DNA from: Candidatus Kaiserbacteria bacterium CG10_big_fil_rev_8_21_14_0_10_59_10
GTDB taxonomy: Bacteria > Patescibacteriota > Minisyncoccia > Phycocordibacterales > UBA2100
NCBI GenBank assembly: GCA_002773285.1
Contig: PFBM01000005.1
Coordinates: 2,225 to 56,174 of the forward strand
Direction: 5' to 3'
DNA: 53,950 nt
Shown here: piece after piece, positions 26,991 through 35,152 of the stretch
Layout: each line of letters begins with the position of its first letter
Numbering within the stretch: the first letter of the stretch is position 1
Position numbers and translations under genes: made by a program
The notes under the pieces: generated by a model
Databases searched by the model: none
Told to the model about the DNA's origin: nothing
The model's input: only the letters and a program-made list of their open reading frames with translations

Positions 26991-27030
26991 CACACACGCC
27001 GCCCCGAGGGGCGGCGTGTGTGTTCTTGCC
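26991..27030 (+). terminator. Intrinsic terminator after tmRNA
   Basis: CACACACGCCGCC..GGCGGCGTGTGTG stem followed by TTCTT. Confidence 0.7.
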
Positions 27031-27042
27031 TTCGCAACGAGA

Positions 27043-27165
27043 TTAAAACAGTATCCAAAAGAGGAACGTGAAGGCGAAGAGAATGGAGATGAGGACAAGC
27101 ACTTTCAGCGGCGCGACGCCGACGCGGCGCAGGAAAGAGCCCCGATCGGCCGTTTTGCGGAGCAT
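27043..27165 (-). CDS. Possible 40-aa single-TM small protein
   Basis: MLRKTADRGSFLRRVGVAPLKVLVLISILFAFTFLFWILF. Sits 21 nt downstream of the preceding membrane-protein gene on the same strand. Below the ORF-track cutoff. Confidence 0.3.
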   Translation of the reverse strand: MLRKTADRGSFLRRVGVAPLKVLVLISILFAFTFLFWILF

Positions 27166-27186
27166 TTCTGCGGTGGTCGTGAGTAG

Positions 27187-27639
27187 CTAATCGGTACCAG
27201 CCGCAGAGAGCGCGAGTATGTTCGCGCCGATGTTATAAGCGGACCAAAACCCGAACAGAAGCAGCGCGAGAAAAACTATGCCGTATGCCGCCGCATCAGA
27301 GAATGAGACCGCGAGATCCACCAGTCGTATGAGGACCCATATGTTCACAACGAGGAAAATCCCGATGGCGGCTCGCGCCACGCCGTCGAGCGCAACGCGA
27401 TGCGAGACGGTCCCGGGCTTTGACACTATCCAGCGAAATACGAAAATAACCAATGCGAGCACGATGAGCGTCATGAAAATAGGAATTGCGGCGTTCGACA
27501 GAGCGAGAAAATTCGAGAGCGCATTCATTGTCGGATCGGAAGGCACGGGCTGGGATACCAGCGCATACACGGCATCGTAGGCGCTTAAGTCCCCTTCTCG
27601 CACGAGCGGCTCACGCAGTTCAGGCATAATGCGAACCAT
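27187..27639 (-). CDS. Hypothetical polytopic membrane protein
   Basis: About 150 aa with 3-4 TM helices. ATG at 27639 or 27627 (the track start at 27651 is TTG). No family recognised. Confidence 0.55.
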   Translation of the reverse strand: MVRIMPELREPLVREGDLSAYDAVYALVSQPVPSDPTMNALSNFLALSNAAIPIFMTLIVLALVIFVFRWIVSKPGTVSHRVALDGVARAAIGIFLVVNIWVLIRLVDLAVSFSDAAAYGIVFLALLLFGFWSAYNIGANILALSAAGTD

Positions 27640-27699
27640 TGTAACCAACAAGCGCGCATTCGCGCGCAGAGATTGCTTTTTATGGGGATAACGTGCACT

Positions 27700-28449
27700 C
27701 TACCGTGCGCGCGGCAATGAAACTTTTTGCGGACCTGCCGCATACGGCGCTACTTGGTATTCTTGGAAATAGAATGTGACCGTATCCGCGTCGACAGTGA
27801 ACGTGCCGTAGTTGAGCGGAGTCGGCGCTGCGCCCTCCGGAAAGAACGATTCTCCCAACGTACCCGCAAGCTCAGCGCGCGAGACATCGGCAACTTCGCT
27901 CAAGCTCATGCCCGTCAAGGCGAGTGCATCGCTTAACGTTAGCTCTCTTCCTGCAGGCATCTCAAAATTGAGGCCGACAAGTTCCGCCCCGGGATGCGCG
28001 CCGCCCATGTAGCGGGATATGTAGAGAAGGATGCTTGCAAAATCCGGCCCCGCATACACGGCGTCGAACGTGGCGAGGTATTCAAAGCGCGGCATCTCCG
28101 GCACATCGTCTATCTCGGCGACACCGTCGCGGAACTCATTGACCGAGCGCTCGACGCGCTCACGGATAACGGAGTCCACGGCCTCAATGCCGAACTGCGG
28201 GTAGCGCACTTCTATGTGGTAACGCTCCCCTGAATCAAAGATTGTGGCGATGCGCATGGACACGCCCTCGTCTGCCGACACCTCCTCCTCTCCGGCGCCG
28301 CCCGCCTCCGCCTCCTCCCGGCTCTGTTCCAGGTAGTACGTCGCGCCCCATACGCCTATACCAAGGCCGAGTAGAAGCACGAGGAGATACATCGCCGCAG
28401 CACGCATGCCCACTACTATAGCAAATCGGGTCAGAATGTTAGGCGGCAT
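27700..28449 (-). CDS. Membrane-anchored DUF3298/DUF4163 (RsiV/PdaC-C-like) protein
   Basis: 249 aa. N-terminal TM helix, then YPQFGIE...VNEF...ISRYMGGAHPG...TFYFQEYQVAPYAAGPQKV, typical of the DUF4163-DUF3298 pair. Confidence 0.7.
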   Translation of the reverse strand: MPPNILTRFAIVVGMRAAAMYLLVLLLGLGIGVWGATYYLEQSREEAEAGGAGEEEVSADEGVSMRIATIFDSGERYHIEVRYPQFGIEAVDSVIRERVERSVNEFRDGVAEIDDVPEMPRFEYLATFDAVYAGPDFASILLYISRYMGGAHPGAELVGLNFEMPAGRELTLSDALALTGMSLSEVADVSRAELAGTLGESFFPEGAAPTPLNYGTFTVDADTVTFYFQEYQVAPYAAGPQKVSLPRAR

Positions 28450-28488
28450 ACATTTGCCGCCCGCCTCTTCCCCTCCCCCAGAATTATC

Positions 28489-28507
28489 TAGGGTTTACGA
28501 AACCCTA
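28489..28507. promoter_or_regulatory. 8-3-8 inverted repeat TAGGGTTT-ACG-AAACCCTA in a divergent promoter region
   Basis: Read directly, between the DUF3298 gene (minus strand) and the M15-like gene (plus strand). Confidence 0.3.
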
Positions 28508-28676
28508 TATTATTCCGGGTGCTGAGTGAGAAGCCACGGTACGTGTTCCCCAATAGAAGCTTTTTTGCGCTATATTCCGTGATGCGTACGCGAGCCATGT
28601 CATCCCAATATACTTTTCATAAAAAGCGGCACAAGAAATCTCTACCCACAGCAGCACAACGCCCCCACGCCTAAGC

Positions 28677-30023
28677 ATGTATACTTTCGTCATGAGTCGC
28701 CTCTCTGCCTCGCACAGTGCATTTGTGTGTATCGCCCTAGGCGGATATGTCTTACTTTTTCTCCCTATGCTGGTTGACGCATCGTGCACAGTGCCAGGTA
28801 CGCGGCCCGCGACGGCAGAGGATGGAGCGGTCAAATTGGGATATATCACAGTAGGCACGTGCATTGACCCTAATGACCAAAACATTGGTACATCAGCAGC
28901 CCAAAAAGTAGAGTATTTGAGGACGAAACTCACAGGAGCTGCAGCAGCACGCGGCTCTATCAGCGTTACAAGAATGAATCCGACATTCGCTTGCCGTTTG
29001 GCTGACTTTCTTAAAGCTAGCGAATTGGCTGGCTACGATCTCAAGATTTTCTCAGGGTGGAGAGATGTAAACGCTCAGAATGCAGCCGTTAAAACGGCAC
29101 GACCAGGGTACGCGTGCAGGGGCGGTGCGAGCTGCCCACACCCCCAAGGAAGAGCAGCTGACCTTTTGTTCAACGGATCCCAATCAAAAACTGATGGACA
29201 ATGTCAGGCAAACCCGGCTTGTAGGTGGGCACACGCAAATGCAGGTCGGTTTCAACTTTCCTTTCCACTGAAGACGCATCCGCTTGAGCCCTGGCACATA
29301 GAACCAGTCGAGCGTTCAGGCGTTCCAACCAGCGGCCCGTGCAGTACAGGCACTATATTTGCAGGTGACACGCCGCAACCACAATCTCAAAATTCCATCC
29401 TCTCACCAATCGCTGATGCACTGCGGAGTATGTTCGGACAACAGCCGCCATCTAGCCAAGGCGGCGAATCGCAACCTCAGTTGCCACCTCAACCACAGCT
29501 GTCGCCCCAGCCGCTTGGGCAACAACAATCGCCCTCTGGCGCTTTTCAGCCGCAATCCACCCCACAAGCGTCTCCCGTGGACGTCGGAAGAGGACAGCAG
29601 GTAGGCACCCCGACAGGGGGCTCGAGCGGCAGCTCGGGCAGAGTGCAGGAGCAGCCGCTTTCAGTCGCCGACAAATTGCTGTCGCTCGCGCTCGACGAAG
29701 AAGGTTATTTGAAGCCGGTCGAAGTCGCAACGACGGTCCCCATTTCCATCGACGGCTCCGACGTTGCCGGAGTAAGCGGCGGCTCTCCTCAGCAGACGGC
29801 GAGTACATCGCCTTCTCAAGGTAGCGGTGTCGCGCTATCGCCATCCGCGCCTCAGACGTTTCTTTCTGCGGACGTAGCCGTGCACTCGAGTGGGCCGTTC
29901 GCCGATGCCTCCCCTTCCGCACTGCAGGCAGCTCTTGCCGAGATGCGAGAGGCACTCATCGCCGTACTGGCATACCTCCAACCGTTTGGAAGACCGAATT
30001 CTGAATACCACGAACACGACTAG
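28677..30023 (+). CDS. Secreted M15-type (VanY/YcbK-like) zinc peptidoglycan peptidase with Q/P/S-rich tail
   Basis: 448 aa. N-terminal signal or anchor, then FSGWRDVNAQN...CPHPQGRAADLLF...EPWHIEP (SxR / HxxGxAxD / WH pattern). The C-terminal half is low complexity. The 5' half of the gene is visibly AT-richer than its neighbours. Confidence 0.7.
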   Translation: MYTFVMSRLSASHSAFVCIALGGYVLLFLPMLVDASCTVPGTRPATAEDGAVKLGYITVGTCIDPNDQNIGTSAAQKVEYLRTKLTGAAAARGSISVTRMNPTFACRLADFLKASELAGYDLKIFSGWRDVNAQNAAVKTARPGYACRGGASCPHPQGRAADLLFNGSQSKTDGQCQANPACRWAHANAGRFQLSFPLKTHPLEPWHIEPVERSGVPTSGPCSTGTIFAGDTPQPQSQNSILSPIADALRSMFGQQPPSSQGGESQPQLPPQPQLSPQPLGQQQSPSGAFQPQSTPQASPVDVGRGQQVGTPTGGSSGSSGRVQEQPLSVADKLLSLALDEEGYLKPVEVATTVPISIDGSDVAGVSGGSPQQTASTSPSQGSGVALSPSAPQTFLSADVAVHSSGPFADASPSALQAALAEMREALIAVLAYLQPFGRPNSEYHEHD

Positions 30024-30072
30024 CAGCGGTGCTAAAATTATTTCGGCATTCATGGTATAGTGCCGTTCACAG

Positions 30073-30696
30073 ATGGGATTCACTAAGTACACCACCCAGA
30101 AAGATAAGGAGCGCGTGCGCATGAACGAGGGCATTCGGGTGCCCGAGGTGCGCGTCATTGGCCCCGAAGGAGAGAACTTCGGCGTGCTTCCTACGAAGGA
30201 AGCTATCGCAAAAGCGCGCGAAATGGGGTACGACCTCATCGAGGTTTCCGCGCAAGCGCGGCCGCCCGTGACGCGCATTACGGATTACGGCAAGTACAAG
30301 TACGAGCAGAAGAAAAAGGACAAGGAGGTGAAGTCGAAAGCGCGCGTGACCGAGACAAAAGAGACGCAGGTGAAAATAGGGACCTCGCAGCGCGACATGG
30401 AAATAAAAGCGCAGAAGAGCGCGGCATGGCTTCGCGAAGGCCACCGCGTGAAAGTAGACCTATTCCTGTGGGGACGATACAAGTACATGGAGTTTCCCTT
30501 CCTCAAGGAGCGTCTTGAGCGCTTTCTCACCATCATTCCAGAGCCGTTCAAGATTGCCGACGACATTAAGAAGGGCCCGAAAGGCCTTACCGTCACCCTT
30601 GAGCGCGACCCTTCGAAAAAGGCAGAGAAACCGGCTGCTCCGCCCCCCGCTGAGAGTGCGGCGGCGGCGGAAACTCCAACCGCAGAAGCGGCTTGA
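30073..30696 (+). CDS. infC: Translation initiation factor IF-3
   Basis: 207 aa. INEGIRVPEVRVIGPEGENFGVL, plus a C-domain, and an Ala/Pro-rich tail. Confidence 0.92.
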   Translation: MGFTKYTTQKDKERVRMNEGIRVPEVRVIGPEGENFGVLPTKEAIAKAREMGYDLIEVSAQARPPVTRITDYGKYKYEQKKKDKEVKSKARVTETKETQVKIGTSQRDMEIKAQKSAAWLREGHRVKVDLFLWGRYKYMEFPFLKERLERFLTIIPEPFKIADDIKKGPKGLTVTLERDPSKKAEKPAAPPPAESAAAAETPTAEAA

Positions 30697-30729
30697 ATAA
30701 TCCGAGAATACGCGGTACTATGCGCCCGC

Positions 30730-30753
30730 GGAAGCTTGGGCTTCCCTTTTTCT
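30730..30753 (+). promoter_or_regulatory. Hairpin GGAAGC-TTGG-GCTTCC plus CTTTTTCT immediately upstream of rpmI (attenuator-like)
   Basis: Read directly. Ends 1 nt before the rpmI ATG at 30754. Confidence 0.35.
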
Positions 30754-30936
30754 ATGAAATCCAACAAGTCCTACAATAAGAGGCTGCGCGTTACCCGCCG
30801 CGGGAAGATTATTTCTCGCGTACCCGGACACAACCACTTCAACGCGAAAGACTCGGGCACGAAGCGCCAGCAGAAACGCCGCCCGAATGAGGTCGGGCTC
30901 TCAAACCTTGAACGCTCGCGCTACCTTCCCAATTAA
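30754..30936 (+). CDS. rpmI: 50S ribosomal protein L35
   Basis: 60 aa from ATG 30754. MKSNKSYNKRLRVTRRGKI... Confidence 0.9.
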   Translation: MKSNKSYNKRLRVTRRGKIISRVPGHNHFNAKDSGTKRQQKRRPNEVGLSNLERSRYLPN

Positions 30937-30941
30937 CGCAT

Positions 30942-31289
30942 ATGGCACGAGTTAAAAGAGGCACCACGTCACTGAAGCGCCGCCGCAATGTCCTTAAGCA
31001 GGTAAAGGGCTACCGCTTCGGCCGCTCCAAGAAGGAGCGCATGGCGCGCGAGGCCATATTCCACGCAGGCACGCATGCCTTCCGCCACCGCCGCACCAAG
31101 AAACGCGACTACCGCCAACTCTGGACGCTCCGCATCAACGCGGCGCTTCGCGCGGGCGGCTTTCCCCCGTACAGCAAGTTCATCGCCGCGCTTAAGAAGA
31201 AGGAGGTGCAGCTTGACCGCAAGTCTCTCGCAGCCCTCGCCAAGGACCACCCCGAGGTGTTTGCCCGTCTCGCGAAAGATATCTCGTAA
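30942..31289 (+). CDS. rplT: 50S ribosomal protein L20
   Basis: 115 aa. MARVKRGTTSLKRRRNVLKQVKGYRFGRS... Confidence 0.95.
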   Translation: MARVKRGTTSLKRRRNVLKQVKGYRFGRSKKERMAREAIFHAGTHAFRHRRTKKRDYRQLWTLRINAALRAGGFPPYSKFIAALKKKEVQLDRKSLAALAKDHPEVFARLAKDIS

Positions 31290-31297
31290 CGCACAAA

Positions 31298-31327
31298 AAG
31301 GGCCTCCGCGTGAGGCCCTTTAATTTC
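31298..31327 (+). terminator. Intrinsic terminator after rplT
   Basis: AAGGGCCTC-CGCGT-GAGGCCCTT followed by TAATTTC. Confidence 0.7.
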
Positions 31328-31704
31328 GCGCTGTTCACTCATTGTACGTACAAACCCTATGACTCGTACGTTGTCGTGGTATCGGCGGAGCCTGAATTTC
31401 CGACCCTAAGGACCATACTTCGGAGCGCACGTCTCCGAGAAAACGCCTCTTGACCGCGAATATCAGGCTCCATGATGCCATCGCATCCGGGCTCCCTGCA
31501 TGAGCGGTGGTTCCGCCTGCAGGCAACCGTGCGATACCAATGCCCCGGGTGAACTCTCCGGGTATGAGCAGGATTCCTGCTGCAAACAATGTTCATGGCA
31601 CTCTTCCTTATATATTACGCCCCTGCGTTTTAGTATACCGCAAAAATGTACTTCGCCGCGCAGGTCGTACTCGAGACAGAGAGCACGCACGCTGTGAAGC
31701 ACCC

Positions 31705-32397
31705 TTATAGGATGACGTCCCCCTTCGTCCCACCGATGCCGTCCCCGCTCTTGTACACGAGGTGCATCTCCGTCTTGTCTTTCATCACAAGCTCAACGAG
31801 GCGCTCCACCAGCGCCTTCGGATCAGAATCGAACACGATCTTCGGATTGGGCCGATTCGCCGCTTGAATGAGATGCCGTAAAACCTCGTCCGTCTGCCAA
31901 TCCCCTTCCAAGACACCTATCGGGCGCCGATCTTCAAACGCGACGGTAAACTCGTTGATGGTGCCCACGCGGCCGCACCCTATCACTATCGCGTCAGAAG
32001 AGCGCACGAAGAGGAGGTCGCGCCCCGCATAGCCAAACCCCGTATATATGATGACATCCATGTAGTCGAGCGGGAGCTGGTACGTTTCGACATGCTCGCG
32101 CTCGTTCGCCGCCGGAGAGAAACCGACGGAGAATCCGCATTCGTCTTTCGCGCCCATGGCCGCATACAGCGGGAAGCCCGTCGTGGCACCCGTCGTAATG
32201 ATGGCCCCCTGTTTTGCTATCTCTCGCCCGATTTCTTTCGCCTTCTCGAACGCGTCAAGCCCGCAGTGCCCGACCTCGGCGGCACCGGAAACGGCCAGCT
32301 TCACGACGCCGTATCCATAAGGCAGCCGGCAAAAGTTGCGCGGCACCGCAACGTGATTCGGATGCAGGACACGCTTTCGTCCGACTGGCGTAGACAT
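31705..32397 (-). CDS. TIGR00725/LOG-like Rossmann-fold protein
   Basis: 230 aa from ATG 32397 (the track start at 32418 is GTG). KLAVSGAA...GAIITTGATTGFPLYAAMGA...SDAIVIGCGRVGTINEFTVA. Confidence 0.6.
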   Translation of the reverse strand: MSTPVGRKRVLHPNHVAVPRNFCRLPYGYGVVKLAVSGAAEVGHCGLDAFEKAKEIGREIAKQGAIITTGATTGFPLYAAMGAKDECGFSVGFSPAANEREHVETYQLPLDYMDVIIYTGFGYAGRDLLFVRSSDAIVIGCGRVGTINEFTVAFEDRRPIGVLEGDWQTDEVLRHLIQAANRPNPKIVFDSDPKALVERLVELVMKDKTEMHLVYKSGDGIGGTKGDVIL

Positions 32398-32411
32398 TGC
32401 ACTACATTGTA

Positions 32412-33806
32412 TCACCACTCTATCGTGTATGAGGCGCCGCGCTCGGGGACAACGGTCTCCAGGTCTAGGAAATCCCGTATGCGTTGCGCGAGGAAGGCAG
32501 ATGAGCGCGTTTCGCCGAGCGCGACAAAAACGTTTTTCAGCGTCGGCGCGGCCTGCTCCGCGAATGCGAGCAGCGCATCGCGGTCCTTATGGCCCGAGTA
32601 GCCCGTCACCTCGCCGATATGGGCGCGAACTTTCACGCGTACGCCGTCTATGCTCACTTCTTTCGCCCCGTCGCGTATACGCCGCCCCAACGAGCCCGGT
32701 GACTGGTATCCGACGAATAGCACGGCCGCATTCTTGTCGCTGAGGTAGCGCCGCTCATGCTCGCGAATGCGACCGCCATGCGACATGCCGCTGCCGGCAA
32801 TAATAATTTTTGGGTCTGGCGCGCGGTGTATGCCCTCCGACTGCTCGGCTTTCGGCGTGAGTGAGAGGCCGCTGAAGTCGAACGGGTCGTCCCCGGCGGC
32901 GATGCGCGCCTGTACTTCATCATTCAGGTATGCGGCGAAACGCCGATACACGTCCGTAACGCGAATAGCGAGCGGCGAATCGAGGTAGACGGGTATGGGC
33001 GCAAGGTCGCCGCTTTCGACCATCGAGTTTATCTCATGCAAGAGTATCTGCGTACGCTCGATAGAGAATGAGGGAATAAGGAGCGTGCCCTTGCGGGCGC
33101 GCGCATCCTCTATCGCCCGGCGAAGCGCCTCCTTTCTGCCCGCGCGACCTTCGTGCGCCCTGTCACCGTACACGCTTTCCGTAATAAGGTATTCGGCACC
33201 CGCCGGGCTCTCGGTGTCTCGCAGCAGCGGCTCTGGCGAATTACCAAGGTCGCCCGTGAACAGGAGTGTGCGTCCGGCGCGTGTGAGCCGCACCATCGCC
33301 GAACCGAGGATATGCCCCGCGTCCAAAAACTCAGCCGAAACGCCATCTGACAAACGTACTGGTTCATGATACCCGTACACGCGCCATTGGGAGAGCGCCT
33401 GCGTAATATCCTTGTGTTCATAGAGAAGCTCGCACCCGTGCGTGTCGGCCTCGGAGCGCATGATGGTGTAGGCATCCTCGAACATAAGTGCCGCAAGTTC
33501 CTTGGTCGGCGCAGTCGAATGGATATGCCCGCGGAATCCGTGGCGCACGAGCCGCGGTATCCTCCCGATGTGATCAGCGTGCGCATGCGACACGACGAGC
33601 GCGTCGAGTGAGGCGGGAGCGAATGCGAAATCCGCGGCGTTCGTTGCATCGCACGCATGCTCCCGCTGCAAGAGGCCGCAGTCGAGCAATATGCGCGCAC
33701 CTTTCTCTTCCCCGCCGCGCGTCTCAAGAAGAATAGAAACGCCGGTGACCTCGCCGGCGCCGCCGTAAAAGGTGATGCGCGTGTTATCGCTCTGTACTAA
33801 TTGCAT
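32412..33806 (-). CDS. Beta-CASP family metallo-beta-lactamase RNase (RNA-metabolising MBL)
   Basis: 464 aa. VVSHAHADHIG, DAGHILGSA, and beta-CASP motifs towards the C-terminus (GYSGHKD). Confidence 0.85.
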   Translation of the reverse strand: MQLVQSDNTRITFYGGAGEVTGVSILLETRGGEEKGARILLDCGLLQREHACDATNAADFAFAPASLDALVVSHAHADHIGRIPRLVRHGFRGHIHSTAPTKELAALMFEDAYTIMRSEADTHGCELLYEHKDITQALSQWRVYGYHEPVRLSDGVSAEFLDAGHILGSAMVRLTRAGRTLLFTGDLGNSPEPLLRDTESPAGAEYLITESVYGDRAHEGRAGRKEALRRAIEDARARKGTLLIPSFSIERTQILLHEINSMVESGDLAPIPVYLDSPLAIRVTDVYRRFAAYLNDEVQARIAAGDDPFDFSGLSLTPKAEQSEGIHRAPDPKIIIAGSGMSHGGRIREHERRYLSDKNAAVLFVGYQSPGSLGRRIRDGAKEVSIDGVRVKVRAHIGEVTGYSGHKDRDALLAFAEQAAPTLKNVFVALGETRSSAFLAQRIRDFLDLETVVPERGASYTIEW

Positions 33807-34173
33807 ACTGCAGAGAAACGCGCGACGCCGCCAGCGCGCCTACGGCGCCGCCGACGACGTCCATAAGAAGGTCGACGGCCGTATCGAATGCGTAATTCGC
33901 TTCGCGCGGCATACCGGTGAAGACCTCGAACAACTCCCACGCGACGCCGAGCAACAGGGCCGCAGACACGCAGATGACGAGCGAGATGCCGCGCCCGCTG
34001 AGCGTCATAAGCCATGCAGCAAGAAATGACGCCCACATGCCTCCCAAAAAATGTACGCCGGCATCCAACCACACGTAGCGCCAATACAGATGGAACTCGA
34101 GTGCGGAAAAATGCAGAAGCGCGAGCGCGGCAAGCACTATGAGCTGTGATAGAAGCAATATTCGCGCGAGCAT
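33784..34173 (-). CDS. Hypothetical 4-TM membrane protein
   Basis: 129 aa from ATG 34173 (the track start at 34179 is GTG). WELFE and DTAVDLLMDVVGG motifs. No family confidently recognised. Overlaps the RNase gene start by 23 nt. Confidence 0.55.
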   Translation of the reverse strand: MLARILLLSQLIVLAALALLHFSALEFHLYWRYVWLDAGVHFLGGMWASFLAAWLMTLSGRGISLVICVSAALLLGVAWELFEVFTGMPREANYAFDTAVDLLMDVVGGAVGALAASRVSLQYAISTER

Positions 34174-34223
34174 CCGCACATTCTACCAAGGAAATAACGA
34201 GTGGGCGCGCTATACCGGATACC

Positions 34224-34249
34224 ACAATACCCCGCATGCGGGGTATTGT
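34224..34249. other. 26-nt perfect palindrome ACAATACCCCG-CATG-CGGGGTATTGT
   Basis: Read directly. An 11-bp stem in the 320-nt gap downstream of ndk. Confidence 0.6.
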
Positions 34250-34493
34250 TGTGCGGAGGGTACGGTGACCTGGGAGCGCCCAGGTGGGTTCCCGCAGCGG
34301 ATGCGCCACAGCGCACCGCAATACTAAGGATCCCGTTTCGGTTCCAAGAGGTATCGTACCAACCGCTGAGACCAGTATAGCAAACCCGTATGTGCAAACA
34401 CAGAGAAAACTCGTTGTGAACAGCGCCACCGCGCGGCCACAGCCAATTCATCATCCGCACATGTGCGTGCCGCACTTTTCTTGCCGGCTGCCG

Positions 34494-35105
34494 CTACTCG
34501 AGGATGCCGTCGAGATTTACGTCGTAGAGTATTTCTTCGTGGACCATGCGATAGTTCGTCATCTCGCTATCGCTGAACCAATGTGCGATCTCAATCTCCG
34601 CCTCTTCTTCCGAACCTGATGCGTGAATAAGGTTTCGCACCGCACGGTTGTCCGGGTCGGACATTTGATACGAATCGAGCACGTAATCGCCGCGAATAGT
34701 TCCCACGTCGGATGTCAGGGGCTCGGTACCACCAGTTAATTTACGCACTATCTTGACCGCATGCGCGCCCTGCCACACCATTGCCACGACCGGGCCGCAG
34801 CTCATGTATTTCTTCAGATTCTCGAGTATCTTCGCGGTAATCTCCAACGGATCCTCGGAAGGGGGCGTAAGGCCTTTTTCGCGATATCCTTTGATGGTTT
34901 TCTCGCCGGTTACGCGCCGCCAGTTCGGGTCGAGCGTGTAGTGTGCCTCGACGTGGTCCGGGTCCGGTACGAGCATCTTCATGCCGACCAGCTTGAGGCC
35001 CACGTTCTCGTATCGTTTTATGATCTCGCCAATGAGGCCGCGCTGTACTCCGTCGGGCTTGATAAGCACGAAGGTTCTTTCCTTGCTCGGGTGTGTTTTT
35101 GTCAT
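34494..35105 (-). CDS. ndk: Nucleoside-diphosphate kinase (long form)
   Basis: 203 aa. ERTFVLIKPDGVQRGLIGEII, and NLIHASGSEEEAEIEI with the active-site His. Confidence 0.9.
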   Translation of the reverse strand: MTKTHPSKERTFVLIKPDGVQRGLIGEIIKRYENVGLKLVGMKMLVPDPDHVEAHYTLDPNWRRVTGEKTIKGYREKGLTPPSEDPLEITAKILENLKKYMSCGPVVAMVWQGAHAVKIVRKLTGGTEPLTSDVGTIRGDYVLDSYQMSDPDNRAVRNLIHASGSEEEAEIEIAHWFSDSEMTNYRMVHEEILYDVNLDGILE

Positions 35106-35152
35106 GCGCGGGAGTGTACCATAACTTCGAAAGAGTGGGTATGACCGCCCAC

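Noticed and set aside
28505-28933. 142-aa minus-strand ORF in the DUF3298/M15 divergent region.
   Set aside because: It overlaps the 5' end of the M15-like gene in antisense and has an odd composition with no homology. The plus-strand gene has a signal peptide and a catalytic motif.
31328-31704. RNase P RNA.
   Set aside because: Only a partial TCCGGGCTCC match to the P4 region was found. GGAAAG and the ACAGAA-CCGGCTTA strand were not found on either strand. The region is left as an unassigned ncRNA candidate.
34216-34380. SRP (4.5S) RNA.
   Set aside because: It contains CCAGGTCA-like sequence but lacks the conserved GGAA tetraloop context and the AGCAGC symmetric-loop motif.
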